Shown here piece after piece: positions 54,925-64,000 of a DNA stretch of 64,000 bases. Each line of letters begins with the position of its first letter. Within the stretch, counting starts at the first letter, position 1. Position numbers and translations under genes: made by a program. The notes beneath the pieces were generated by a model. The model was not told the origin of the DNA. It did not search any database and was given only the letters and a program-made list of their open reading frames with translations. Where the stretch lies: positions 41,299 to 105,298 of IMG/VR virus record IMGVR_UViG_3300037258_000375, one strand, 5' to 3'. Source of the DNA: a virus.

Positions 54925-55406
54925 ATAGGATTGTAGTACCAGACGAGATGCTGCACGCAGCAACGCAGGCCGACACCACGTTTTGCGGCAAAGTTGCATT
55001 CCCTCCCCGTGTGCTTGCCATCGTCGGAGCTGTCCTACGTTACCAGTCTGAGCACGTTCCGCTTCCGCGAGACGAGCAAGAGTTAAATCAGTTACCCTTG
55101 CAACGCCATGAAGCGATCCGCGAATGGGTGGCGCACATGTACGATGCACCCGAGCCTGAGCCATTTAAGGAGATCGAAGATTTACTTCAATGCGCTGCTG
55201 GAACGCATCGCGTCTCTGACTATCAAGATTATGTCATGGAAGCTTTCCGCCGTGGTCAAAAGTATCTATTCCTGAAGCCAGGGCAAACGAACCCTCTCGA
55301 ATCCGTCATCTTCGAAGAGAGCGAACATCCAACCATCGGCAGAATCAATCAAGCGGTCATGCAAGCTTATCGCATCGGCCTGGAGCTTGGAGAGTCCGGA
55401 GAGTGA
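54921..55406 (+). CDS. hypothetical protein, paralog of 25332..25766
   Basis: VP..ML, YDAPEPE..EI.DL, EAFRRGQ. Confidence 0.65.
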   Translation: MNRIVVPDEMLHAATQADTTFCGKVAFPPRVLAIVGAVLRYQSEHVPLPRDEQELNQLPLQRHEAIREWVAHMYDAPEPEPFKEIEDLLQCAAGTHRVSDYQDYVMEAFRRGQKYLFLKPGQTNPLESVIFEESEHPTIGRINQAVMQAYRIGLELGESGE

Positions 55407-55722
55407 TTCTGATCGATATTCTCGATGGAAGTCCCGGACCGAAGCGCGGGGACATCGTACAAACCAATGTAGGAAATCGCAAGGAGAGGACATGGTTGGT
55501 CCTGAAGTCGAGAAAGATTTCCCGCAAAGCGTCCACTTCTTATCCGCGCTATCAGGTGTGGATGGCCCGCTGGTGGCACTTGGAGACGGAATTGCGGCTC
55601 GCTCTTTATCGGAGCGCCGAGAGGAACGGGGGACAGCAAGTCATTTCCTTCAAACGCTACCCGGCAAAAAGGCGGAGAGGGTTTGAAGATTATATGAAGG
55701 GCCAGTGACTCCGGGAGGGAAT

Positions 55723-56859
55723 ATGGCAAAGACGAAAATTGAATGGGCATCCGATGTCTGGAATCCGATCAGAGGTTGTTCTCGCGTCAGTGAAGGATGC
55801 CGTCATTGCTACGCTGAGCGCATGGCTGCCCGGTTCTCTCAGCCAGGAATGTGGGGAGAAGGGCTCGCCGTCATCAAGAATGGGGTTGCTCACTGGACCG
55901 GCAAAATCACCTTCGACAAAGACAAACTCCTCGAACCTTTGCACTGGAAGCGTCCGCGACGTGTTTTCGTCAACTCTATCAGCGATCTCTTCCATGAGAA
56001 CGTAGAAGATGGGTGGGTTGATAAGATTTTCTCGATAATGGCACTGTCATGGCGGCATCAGTTTCTGATTCTCACCAAACGTCCCGAGCGGATGCGCGAT
56101 TATATGAAGCGGATGCATAACGATCCCGGGGAATTTATCGCGTCGGCTCTTCTTGATATGCATATAGACGACGACTATAGCTGTCATGTCGCCAATTACA
56201 TCAATGGATGGTCCCGCTGGCGAGAGATGCCCGAAGATGGTAATCCTTTAAACGGCGCTGTGAGACGCTGGCCTCTTCCTAATGTTTGGCTCGGCACCAG
56301 CGTGGAGGATCAAAAGACAGCCGATTTACGAATTCCCTTTCTTCTCCAAACACCAGCAGCGATTCGCTTCATCAGCGCCGAGCCACTTCTAGGATCGGTC
56401 GATCTAACAACAATTCCCAATGCTCCCGGACTGGCGGAAGGGCAGCACTACCTTAATGCGCTCAAAGGATATGCCTGGGAGACTCATGGTGCAGATTACT
56501 ACGACGTCTGCAATATTGACGGACGGCTGCACTGGGTGATCGTCGGGGGCGAGAGCGGACCCGGCGCGCGTCCGATGAATCCAGACTGGGCAAGACTACT
56601 ACGGAATCAGTGTTTGGCGGCAAATGTTCCCTACTTCTTCAAACAGTGGGGAGAGTATGGCCCCTGCGAGAACGGTGAAGTGACTCCAAATCCCGAGGAT
56701 TGGGATAATCAACCGCACGCGCACACGTTCCCTGACGAAACAAGACCGCGATCTGGCTGGGAAACTGTCTACCGTGTCGGCAAGAAGTCTACCGGCCATA
56801 TCCTCGACAGCAAGGTTTGGCAGCAGTATCCAGAGGTCGTCCATGAAAGTCATCTGTAA
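55723..56859 (+). CDS. Gp37Gp68/DUF5131 family (radical-SAM-like) protein
   Basis: TKIEW, WNP..GC..VS.GC..CYA, VFVNS.SDLFH, SAEPLLG, WVIVGGESG, FFKQWG. Confidence 0.92.
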   Translation: MAKTKIEWASDVWNPIRGCSRVSEGCRHCYAERMAARFSQPGMWGEGLAVIKNGVAHWTGKITFDKDKLLEPLHWKRPRRVFVNSISDLFHENVEDGWVDKIFSIMALSWRHQFLILTKRPERMRDYMKRMHNDPGEFIASALLDMHIDDDYSCHVANYINGWSRWREMPEDGNPLNGAVRRWPLPNVWLGTSVEDQKTADLRIPFLLQTPAAIRFISAEPLLGSVDLTTIPNAPGLAEGQHYLNALKGYAWETHGADYYDVCNIDGRLHWVIVGGESGPGARPMNPDWARLLRNQCLAANVPYFFKQWGEYGPCENGEVTPNPEDWDNQPHAHTFPDETRPRSGWETVYRVGKKSTGHILDSKVWQQYPEVVHESHL

Positions 56860-57036
56860 ATACTGTCTTCGCAAGATCGACAAGCGGGGGATGAATGCCC
56901 ACATGCATTTCAAGCATTTGGGCCAATACCTGACCGAGTTTCGCCTCAATCCGATGATCTGCTTCTTTGCCGACAGATGGCCTCCACGCTTCCAGCACAA
57001 GCAACTTCCCGCCTCGTGCGATCCGGAGGTTGGACG

Positions 57037-57780
57037 ATGAAAGGTCGTCCTATCATCTTCACCGACCATTCCGTCGAGGGCATTCTTGCTGGGCGCAAAA
57101 CGCAGACGCGGCGCGTCATAAAACCGCAGCCCAGCGACGAATGGCATCCGGAAGTATGCCAATACGCACCCACGCGTGTGAATCGGCAAGGCGAAGAATA
57201 TCCAGGCGAGGAAGTATTTGGTGCGGCAGACGAAGATGAGGGGCGCGTGAGTTCCTATGGACGGCCCGGTGACCGGCTTTGGGTGCGCGAGGCTTGGCGG
57301 ACATTCGAAGACTCAACCATGCTCGATGGTGTTCTATTCCGCACAGACAAAGAGTTTGTCCCAATCGAGAATTGTCCACGCGCCGCAGATTTATGGGTAG
57401 TCGCTCACAATAACGGGATTCACGGAACGAAGTGGCGCTCTCCAATGTTCATGCCACGCTGGGCCAGCCGGATCAAGCTGGAAGTCACGGAGATTCGCGT
57501 ACAGCGAGTGCAGGATATCAGCGAGGAAGATGCCAGAGCGGAAGGCGTGCAGCCTAGTTCGATGACCGAGGAAGATATCGCCGACATGCAGATCAGCGAT
57601 TACAGCCCACAATTGAAGAAACTTTCGCAATTACTCGGTCCTGGTAGCTTTTCTCACAAATTCACGTATCAGACGCTTTGGGATGAGATCAACAGCAAAC
57701 GCGGGAAAGGTGAGTTCGCGTGGAAGAAGAACCCGTGGGTATGGGCGATCACATTTAGAAGGCTGGAGAGTTATTCATGA
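57037..57780 (+). CDS. ASCH/PUA-like phage protein
   Basis: RPI.F....IL.GRKTQTRR, GDRLWVRE, W.SP.FMPRWASRI.LE, NPWVW.I.F. Confidence 0.85.
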   Translation: MKGRPIIFTDHSVEGILAGRKTQTRRVIKPQPSDEWHPEVCQYAPTRVNRQGEEYPGEEVFGAADEDEGRVSSYGRPGDRLWVREAWRTFEDSTMLDGVLFRTDKEFVPIENCPRAADLWVVAHNNGIHGTKWRSPMFMPRWASRIKLEVTEIRVQRVQDISEEDARAEGVQPSSMTEEDIADMQISDYSPQLKKLSQLLGPGSFSHKFTYQTLWDEINSKRGKGEFAWKKNPWVWAITFRRLESYS

Positions 57781-58415
57781 AAATTGAAGTTAAAGAAGAA
57801 GCCAAACTTCGTTGGCCGGATGGATGGCCGCGCACGCTTGTTACTGCGTGGAAGGCCAATTCCTCCTGGAGGAAATCAAAGTCTGAATACCAGACTTCGC
57901 TCATCAAAGAGCTACAACTTTTGGGAGCAGTCTCCGTCCTCATCACGACATCCGAGAACGAGCGCACCGATCCAGGCGTGGCCGTCTGGTTCTCCATGGA
58001 GAAGTCGAAAGAGGACTGGCAAGGGACGCTCGGGCTCGAAAGTCCTGCCCCGACATTCGCCGAGATCGACAGCGCCTTTCGGGAAAAGGCGAAAGAGGTC
58101 CATCCCGACCGCACAGACGGCAAAGGAGACGTTGCCGTCTATCAGAAATTGGTTGCGGCACGCACTGCGGCGAAAGAATGGATTCGCGGGACACACGATA
58201 AGCAACACGACTTCGTCATGGCCCTCGATCTTTTCAAGGAGACGCGGCACAATATCCACGGGATCAAGCTTGCGATTGCGAGTCTCCGATCTCTGAAGCG
58301 GCTGGGAATGCCGTCCATCCTCGAACGTACACTCAATAAAGCATTCAAAGCATCGTTGGAAGCCACGACGGGAGGCGCAAATGGAGAACCCACCCAAAGC
58401 CAGAAATCGGGATGA
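57777..58415 (+). CDS. phage J-domain protein
   Basis: L.WP.GWPRT, DPGVAVWF, AFR.KA..VHPD. Confidence 0.8.
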   Translation: MKIEVKEEAKLRWPDGWPRTLVTAWKANSSWRKSKSEYQTSLIKELQLLGAVSVLITTSENERTDPGVAVWFSMEKSKEDWQGTLGLESPAPTFAEIDSAFREKAKEVHPDRTDGKGDVAVYQKLVAARTAAKEWIRGTHDKQHDFVMALDLFKETRHNIHGIKLAIASLRSLKRLGMPSILERTLNKAFKASLEATTGGANGEPTQSQKSG

Positions 58416-58562
58416 TTTGGGACTCGGACTGATCCAAGTACGAACATTCAGCACTGCTTCGGTCTTAGTTGACGTTATGTTTACAAAAGATCAGGTTATC
58501 AATTTAGCCAAGTTGGCAGAGGACCGCTCTCTTGTTCGATACGATGAGCCGTGGAGGCAGCT

Positions 58563-59051
58563 ATGAGCTTGTTGCACAGTCCAACAATCCTTCCCCCACC
58601 GCATAACCGCATCGCCGAACTCACGCGGGAGAATGACGCGCTCAAGGCGGAAATCAGAGAATTGAAGTTCAAGCTTCAGCGCGCCGACGAGAGCTTGATG
58701 GCTGTCGAGAATGGTGCCTCGCGTGTCCGCACGGTTCTCACTCCTCTCTATCAAGCGCTCCAGCAACTATTCGGTGACTTCGAAGTGATGGGTGTTGGGG
58801 AAGGTGCGCAAGCGGAGGCCGATCCGCGCAAGAGCCAAGCCTGGGAGAACTGGAAGGCTCGTCTCGGTACCATGCCCGGTCGCTTTATCGACGCTCTCCT
58901 CGTCCACGGTGCAATGACTCAGACGCAGCTTCGCATCGCTGTAGGTTGCAATAGAAGTTCGGTCGCACCAACAGTCTGCCGTCTCAATAAGGCTGGGCTA
59001 ATCGACAAAGAAAGCGGCAAGGGCGGTAAGATCAAGCTCAAAACTTTATAG
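58563..59051 (+). CDS. coiled-coil plus winged-HTH protein
   Basis: GGAGG RBS; LL.HG.MT..QL....G....V..L...GLI.K. Confidence 0.7.
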   Translation: MSLLHSPTILPPPHNRIAELTRENDALKAEIRELKFKLQRADESLMAVENGASRVRTVLTPLYQALQQLFGDFEVMGVGEGAQAEADPRKSQAWENWKARLGTMPGRFIDALLVHGAMTQTQLRIAVGCNRSSVAPTVCRLNKAGLIDKESGKGGKIKLKTL

Positions 59052-59864
59052 TGCAGAGATCATGATCGGAATAAGTCTCAACTCACCCACGACGTTACGG
59101 AAGCTGCCCGTCAATGGCTCGACAATCATGGCTTTAAGCCGGTCGAGACGGAAGTGGGGATGCCGTGGACAGCCGTCAATGAAACCGGGTGGATCGCCGA
59201 CATCGCGGGCGTCATCGTCCCAACGCAGACCGAATTGATTGAGATGAAGATGATCCCCCGTCCTCCACGCTGGAACCATGGCGGGAACAACGACGGGTAC
59301 GAGGTAAAACATGCTGCCTGGAAGGCACTTTATGAGCCGATCAATCGACTCATGACATGCTTGGTTGAAGTCAAGGCGACACGGTCGGATTTTCGAGGCG
59401 ACCGAAAGTGGAAGCTGACTCCGCCTGTCGATCTTGCGTATCTCGCAATACCTCCAGGAATCGTCAAAAAGGAGGAATGGCCCGAAGGGTGGGGCATCTT
59501 GGAACTGCGTGGCGATACGGTTGCACAGATACGCATACCGACAGTTCGTGCGGCAACGCTTCAGCAGCATTTCTCGTTCATCTATCAACTTGCGCTTTGC
59601 TGCGACCATCGAGTCCGGCGTGCGGTTATGCGTGAAGAGCAAAAACTGACCAGGATTAACGATGCGGAGCGAATCTTGATCTCTCGCATCGACAAGATAG
59701 TTTCTGCGGTCCACGACATCGCTGCTGGACACGTTTGGTGGTCCGAGAAGCCTCTAACTTCGGTCGAGCAAGTTCTGACATATCACGGCATAAAAAACGT
59801 GCGAGCGGCGCAGCTTGAGCAACTTGCCACATTGTTTAAAATTGCCGCGCGAAAGGATTCCTAA
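59052..59864 (+). CDS. MmcB-like PD-(D/E)XK nuclease; open in-frame from the preceding UAG
   Basis: H....A..WL...G...E.EV, IAD, VEVK.TRSDF..D.KW, Y.A.P, P.GWG.L. Confidence 0.75.
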   Translation, partial: CRDHDRNKSQLTHDVTEAARQWLDNHGFKPVETEVGMPWTAVNETGWIADIAGVIVPTQTELIEMKMIPRPPRWNHGGNNDGYEVKHAAWKALYEPINRLMTCLVEVKATRSDFRGDRKWKLTPPVDLAYLAIPPGIVKKEEWPEGWGILELRGDTVAQIRIPTVRAATLQQHFSFIYQLALCCDHRVRRAVMREEQKLTRINDAERILISRIDKIVSAVHDIAAGHVWWSEKPLTSVEQVLTYHGIKNVRAAQLEQLATLFKIAARKDS

Positions 59865-59865
59865 G

Positions 59866-60144
59866 ATGAACATCACGAAGCGGCAAGCAGATATTCTGCG
59901 GTTCATCGACGACTTCACAAATAAGAATGGATACTCTCCCACCTATGAAGAGATCGGGGCGGGCGCGAAGCTCCGCTCTCTGGCTTCGGTCCATAAACAT
60001 GTGACGAACTTGATGAGACGCGGACGTCTGTCGCGAGAGCCTGGGCGGAGGCGCGGGATCACCGTTGTGCCGGAAGGAAAGCTGGAACGCTTTCGGTTGG
60101 ATAGTCCGGAACGCATCTATGATACATTTCTCGATTGCTATTAG
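59866..60144 (+). CDS. LexA-type DNA-binding domain protein
   Basis: T.RQ..IL.FI......GY.PT..EI.....L.S..SV..H...L...G.L. Confidence 0.85.
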   Translation: MNITKRQADILRFIDDFTNKNGYSPTYEEIGAGAKLRSLASVHKHVTNLMRRGRLSREPGRRRGITVVPEGKLERFRLDSPERIYDTFLDCY

Positions 60145-60161
60145 GTGAAGGAGATTAGGCC

Positions 60162-60938
60162 ATGATACCCTGGAGGTGTCAGGTGTTGGAAGCACCCGGC
60201 TCACGCCTCATCGTTCGGAGGAACGACGTGACACCCCCCAATAAAATCCTAACACTTGGAACCTTCTACACGTACCTTTGGCTGCGCGAGGATGGAACGC
60301 CGTTCTACGTTGGGAAGGGAAAATGGAAGGCACAACAGCAACGCGCTTTTAGGAATGGTGCTCCGTCACCGGACAGGATCATTATCGAAGCACATCCATC
60401 GGAAGACGACGCGCTTTTCGCAGAAGTGTTTCTCATCTCTTACTACGGACGCAAAGACAACGGCACTGGCTGTCTCAGAAATCGCACGAACGGCGGAGAG
60501 GGTCTTTCGGGTACAGCATTTACAAAACAGCACCGAGAGCGAATAGCACATTCACTTAGCGTCAGCAAAAAAGGTAAACCAATTCCACATTACGATCCAG
60601 TCGAACACGGCAAGAAGATAAACGGCCCAAAGAATTTCTGGTATGGCAAAAAGAGGACTTTCAATGCAGAATGGTGCAAGCGTTTAAGCTTGGGAAAAAT
60701 TGGACATGTTAAGGCCGAAGAGACCAAACGCAAGATTGGTGCTGGAATAAAAAAGCATTCCCAAGAACATCCGCGTACCCACTGTCGGCGCGGTCATTCA
60801 TACGAAGGATTAAATCTTAAAATCAACAAATCTGGCTACAAAATCTGTTTGACGTGCAGCCGCGAAACAAACAGAATCGCTTCCCAAAAGAGGCGGGATC
60901 GCAAGAAAGCGAGGGCAGAATGCCATTTTTCGGAATAA
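60162..60938 (+). CDS. GIY-YIG/NUMOD homing endonuclease
   Basis: FYTY...R.DG.PFYVGKG, E..LI..YGR, L.N.T.GGEG, NUMOD repeats; start uncertain. Confidence 0.85.
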   Translation: MIPWRCQVLEAPGSRLIVRRNDVTPPNKILTLGTFYTYLWLREDGTPFYVGKGKWKAQQQRAFRNGAPSPDRIIIEAHPSEDDALFAEVFLISYYGRKDNGTGCLRNRTNGGEGLSGTAFTKQHRERIAHSLSVSKKGKPIPHYDPVEHGKKINGPKNFWYGKKRTFNAEWCKRLSLGKIGHVKAEETKRKIGAGIKKHSQEHPRTHCRRGHSYEGLNLKINKSGYKICLTCSRETNRIASQKRRDRKKARAECHFSE

Positions 60939-61498
60939 TCACTCCGACTATCCAAAGGGAAAGTCTGCTTAAAACTTGCCGGTCAATTGAGACTCAATCT
61001 TTTTCTGGATGGCAGCATGTCGTTGTAGTGGACTGTGAAGAATACAACGCTGATCTCATAAAAACTATCGAGCATCCGCAGCGCATAATTTACAAATGTG
61101 ACCACCCGCACCGCAACGGCGGAAACACTTGCCGCCACCAAGCTTGGAACTATGTCACGAGCGACTACTTAATTATGTGCGATGACGACAATTTTTTAGC
61201 CGATGATGACGTGCTCGAATCGATCAGAAAGGTTTTGCTTTGGAAGCGTCTGCCATTGGTCGCGTTCTTCCCGATCTTGCGCCTCGGCAGCATCTTTATG
61301 CCGGAAGGCAGACCGAGAATTTGCCACGTCGATACCGCTAACCTTGTGGTCGCGCGAGCGGTTGGCCAGTGGCCTGACATCGAGGAGTATACCAGCGATG
61401 GAATTTTCATTGAAGAACTTGTAAAGAAATACGAGTATGCCACATTCCCGAACGTCAATCCTATCGTCGTTGTCCCGGTTATTAGCGGTGGAAGATGA
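60920..61498 (+). CDS. GT-A (GT2) glycosyltransferase
   Basis: IITPT..R..L....SI..Q, VVVD, DDDN. Confidence 0.85.
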   Translation: MPFFGIITPTIQRESLLKTCRSIETQSFSGWQHVVVVDCEEYNADLIKTIEHPQRIIYKCDHPHRNGGNTCRHQAWNYVTSDYLIMCDDDNFLADDDVLESIRKVLLWKRLPLVAFFPILRLGSIFMPEGRPRICHVDTANLVVARAVGQWPDIEEYTSDGIFIEELVKKYEYATFPNVNPIVVVPVISGGR

Positions 61499-61845
61499 AC
61501 CTGTTGGAGCGGTTGGAAGGGATACTGAAAAATGTGTCTTATAAGCCGGGTTGGACGATCACGGTCGCCCCCTTCCGGATCGGCATGAATGGCCCCTTCT
61601 TTTATGCTTCCTGCAACTTGATGGTTATGTGGACCGCGAAAGACGTGGAGCGTCCTGGAGAAGATGTGTCTCTTTGTCTGGTTAAGCCTGTACATGGATT
61701 CCAGATCGAGAGGCTGTCTGATGAAGAGATTGTTGACCAATACGTCCGGAGCTTAATAAGGGAAGCTGAGCTTCACGAGCTTGATGAGTGGCTTAAGTAC
61801 AACAACGTATGCGTCCACGAGCCGCACCCAAAGGAGAGGGAATGA
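61495..61845 (+). CDS. hypothetical protein
   Basis: E.HE..EW motif; coupled ORF. Confidence 0.6.
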   Translation: MNLLERLEGILKNVSYKPGWTITVAPFRIGMNGPFFYASCNLMVMWTAKDVERPGEDVSLCLVKPVHGFQIERLSDEEIVDQYVRSLIREAELHELDEWLKYNNVCVHEPHPKERE

Positions 61846-62564
61846 ATCCAGTCGTTATCGTGACCCACAATTGTCTTGACTTGACGAAGCTTTGCATCGG
61901 ATCACTACGCTCGCAAGATATCCCTACCAGGATCACAGTGTTTGACAACGATTCGACAGACGGTACGGCAGAATGGCTAAAGGATGTGTATCCAGAAGTA
62001 TTTTCGATACAGAGTTATCGGAACTCCGGAGTTAGCCATGCGTGGAATCAGTGCCTCAATTTGGCTTTCGGACTCGACAAGGCCGACCACGTGCTCGTAG
62101 TCAATAACGACACCGTATTCCCACCATGGTTCTACGAGAGACTTCTCAGCTACGACATTCCTTTCGCCACTGGAGTGAGCGTCGGATCGATGGCGGAGAT
62201 TCAGACCAAGCCGCCCGTATCGGAGCCCATCGAAGCTCCGGACTTCAGCGCGTTCTTGATTACTAAGAACGTGTGGGAGACTGTTGGCTCTTTCGACGAA
62301 AAGATGGTAATGTACGTCCAAGACCTGGACTACCACATTCGCGCATATCGCGCCGGAATTCATCTCTGGAATACGCAGACGCCTTTCTACCACGCCCGAA
62401 GCTCGACCTTGGCGCAGTGTGATCCTCGCGAGCGGCGGCTGATTGAGATGCGCGCAGACGCGGATCGGGCAGTGTTTGCCACAAAGTGGGGATGCGCGGC
62501 TTGCAGTAAGGACTACGAAGCTATGTTCACGCAAGAGATGTTTGGAGTCGATAAAAAGTCATGA
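61842..62564 (+). CDS. GT2 glycosyltransferase
   Basis: VIVTHN, DN.STDGT, N.G...AWN, NND, G.FDE, D.DY..R. Confidence 0.9.
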   Translation: MNPVVIVTHNCLDLTKLCIGSLRSQDIPTRITVFDNDSTDGTAEWLKDVYPEVFSIQSYRNSGVSHAWNQCLNLAFGLDKADHVLVVNNDTVFPPWFYERLLSYDIPFATGVSVGSMAEIQTKPPVSEPIEAPDFSAFLITKNVWETVGSFDEKMVMYVQDLDYHIRAYRAGIHLWNTQTPFYHARSSTLAQCDPRERRLIEMRADADRAVFATKWGCAACSKDYEAMFTQEMFGVDKKS

Positions 62565-63781
62565 ACGATCTGATTGTGGTAGCCGGAGCTACGCATCGTG
62601 CTGGGTTCATCGATGAGTATGAGCAGCAACTCGCGGCTGCTGGAATTGAGTTTTATCTAGCGCCACTACAAAATCTCGCTTCGGGAGCCAATAGTATCTC
62701 GATGCTAAGGCGAATCGCTTACATGCGCGAAGTGGCAACTAAATTTAGCAGCTACGAAAGAATCGTTATGACCGATGCATGGGATGTATTGTTTTATGGC
62801 ACTAAAGAAGAAGTTTTTCGCAAAGTGCCAGAAGCGTTGATCGTTTCTGCCGAGCGCAATTGCTATCCAGAACCTGATATTGCGCTGCGATTCACTAGCA
62901 GCAGTCCATGGCGTTACGCCAATAATGGCATGGTCGCTGGATCACCCCGATCCATCATCGAATGGTTGAAGTGGGCTGAACAGATGCCAGACCTGGGATT
63001 ACTAGATCAGGCGTGGTTTAATCGTCGCGCCGCCGAAAATCAGCGTGAAATGCTTCTCGATGAAACTACTGATTTGTTCTATGTTGTATCTTCAACCCTC
63101 GAAGACGGGTCATTGCAAATGAAGGCACGGGTACCGTGGAATCAACGTTTTGGCACGTCACCGAATTTTTTCCACTTCTCTGGCGGATGTTCAACTGATA
63201 ATTTTCGCAGAATGATTGCCGGTGCAGTCAATAATGAGATAAAAATAGAACGCGCCTCATCTATCAAAGGATGGATGAATATTGTCGAGTTACAATATCT
63301 CGCTGAATCCGCAAACAAATCTACTGATATTTGTGAAGTAGGATCGTGGCTTGGACGCTCTTCGTGCGCAATAGCAGAAAACACATCAGGACATTTAACA
63401 TGTATCGATACTTGGCTTGGAACTGAGGAACAAGAAATTAACGGTGAGGAGATCGGTAAAGACGTGTTACCTAAATTTCTGATTAACCTCTCCCATCTAG
63501 ATAACGTCACCGCAATCAAGACCAAATCTCTTGACGCAGCAGAAAGATTTTCAGCGGAAGGCAGATCATTCGATATGATCTTTCTTGATGCCAAGCACGA
63601 TTACGCCAGCGTAAGCGAGGATATCCGTGCTTGGATACCGCTGTTGCGTAGCGGCGGCATATTTTGTGGCCATGATTATCATAGAAATTGGCCGGGGGTG
63701 ATGCGGGCAGTGCAAGAGCAAATACAAACTTTCCGGGTCGTCGATACGATCTGGACGACAGAAATCGCAAAACACGAGTAG
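62561..63781 (+). CDS. PLOD-type glycosyltransferase fused to class I SAM methyltransferase
   Basis: TDAWDV, SAERNCYP, Y.N.G, DQ, HF.G; EVGSWLGRS, FD.IFLDA.H.Y, GG...GHDY. Confidence 0.85.
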   Translation: MNDLIVVAGATHRAGFIDEYEQQLAAAGIEFYLAPLQNLASGANSISMLRRIAYMREVATKFSSYERIVMTDAWDVLFYGTKEEVFRKVPEALIVSAERNCYPEPDIALRFTSSSPWRYANNGMVAGSPRSIIEWLKWAEQMPDLGLLDQAWFNRRAAENQREMLLDETTDLFYVVSSTLEDGSLQMKARVPWNQRFGTSPNFFHFSGGCSTDNFRRMIAGAVNNEIKIERASSIKGWMNIVELQYLAESANKSTDICEVGSWLGRSSCAIAENTSGHLTCIDTWLGTEEQEINGEEIGKDVLPKFLINLSHLDNVTAIKTKSLDAAERFSAEGRSFDMIFLDAKHDYASVSEDIRAWIPLLRSGGIFCGHDYHRNWPGVMRAVQEQIQTFRVVDTIWTTEIAKHE

Positions 63782-64000
63782 GAGAAGTATGAAATGAAAA
63801 AAGTGACGCTCACGCTCAGCTTCGTCTTGATGATCGTTCTCGGAATGACCATCAAGAACCGCTATGTCCATGCAGATGTTTACAGCCCACCGTTGCTTGA
63901 CGCAGAAGTGTTCGCCACCGGGGGGAACGGATTCGGCAGCGGAAACTCAATCGCCAGACGATTCAGCACCGTTCAAGTTAGTGTTGGAACAGCGATTACT

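Noticed and set aside
60142-60164. Amber read-through of the LexA-like gene
   Set aside because: Would add only about seven residues; no supporting evidence.
1-64000. Genome-wide TAG recoding (code 15)
   Set aside because: Many genes end cleanly at TAG, long genes are not fragmented, and no CUA suppressor tRNA was seen in the window.

Overview
A 64 kb segment of a large tailed-phage (or prophage-like) genome. The host is plausibly Acidobacteria-like; this is inference from a K/A-rich basic protein, the DnaB N-terminus and many leaderless sigma70-type promoters. The window has no virion structural genes. Replication/recombination genes: DnaN, ParB, DnaB, initiator, Bet/RecT, Cas4-like nuclease, RNase H, serine recombinase. 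Host-takeover/stress genes: ECF sigma, SpoU methylase, PurA-like/vWA/J-kinase trio, TPM, PspA, DUF2829/Tad2-like, HD hydrolases. It also carries several homing-type endonucleases, a glycosylation cluster and a ~15 kb minus-strand translation-support island (36.9-52.5 kb) with about 31 tRNAs, a circularly permuted tmRNA, a Pth2-like gene, a Ro60/TROVE gene and many small structured RNAs. Main findings: (1) two tRNA operons each sit behind a leaderless leader peptide plus an antiterminator/terminator pair, and the leader codons match the tRNAs of that operon, suggesting ribosome-sensing attenuation of phage tRNA genes; (2) an array of seven Y-RNA-like units upstream of Ro60 shares a GACWG..UACAUG..CGACUAC stem but carries different tRNA-derived modules in different permutations; (3) two paralogous pairs of a Gly-Gly-tailed small protein and an LCxH protein form a candidate ubiquitin-like system; (4) the Pth2-like gene is gated by an AUG-CAU-UAG minigene. 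All calls were made by eye without database searches, and RNA boundaries may be off by a few nt.
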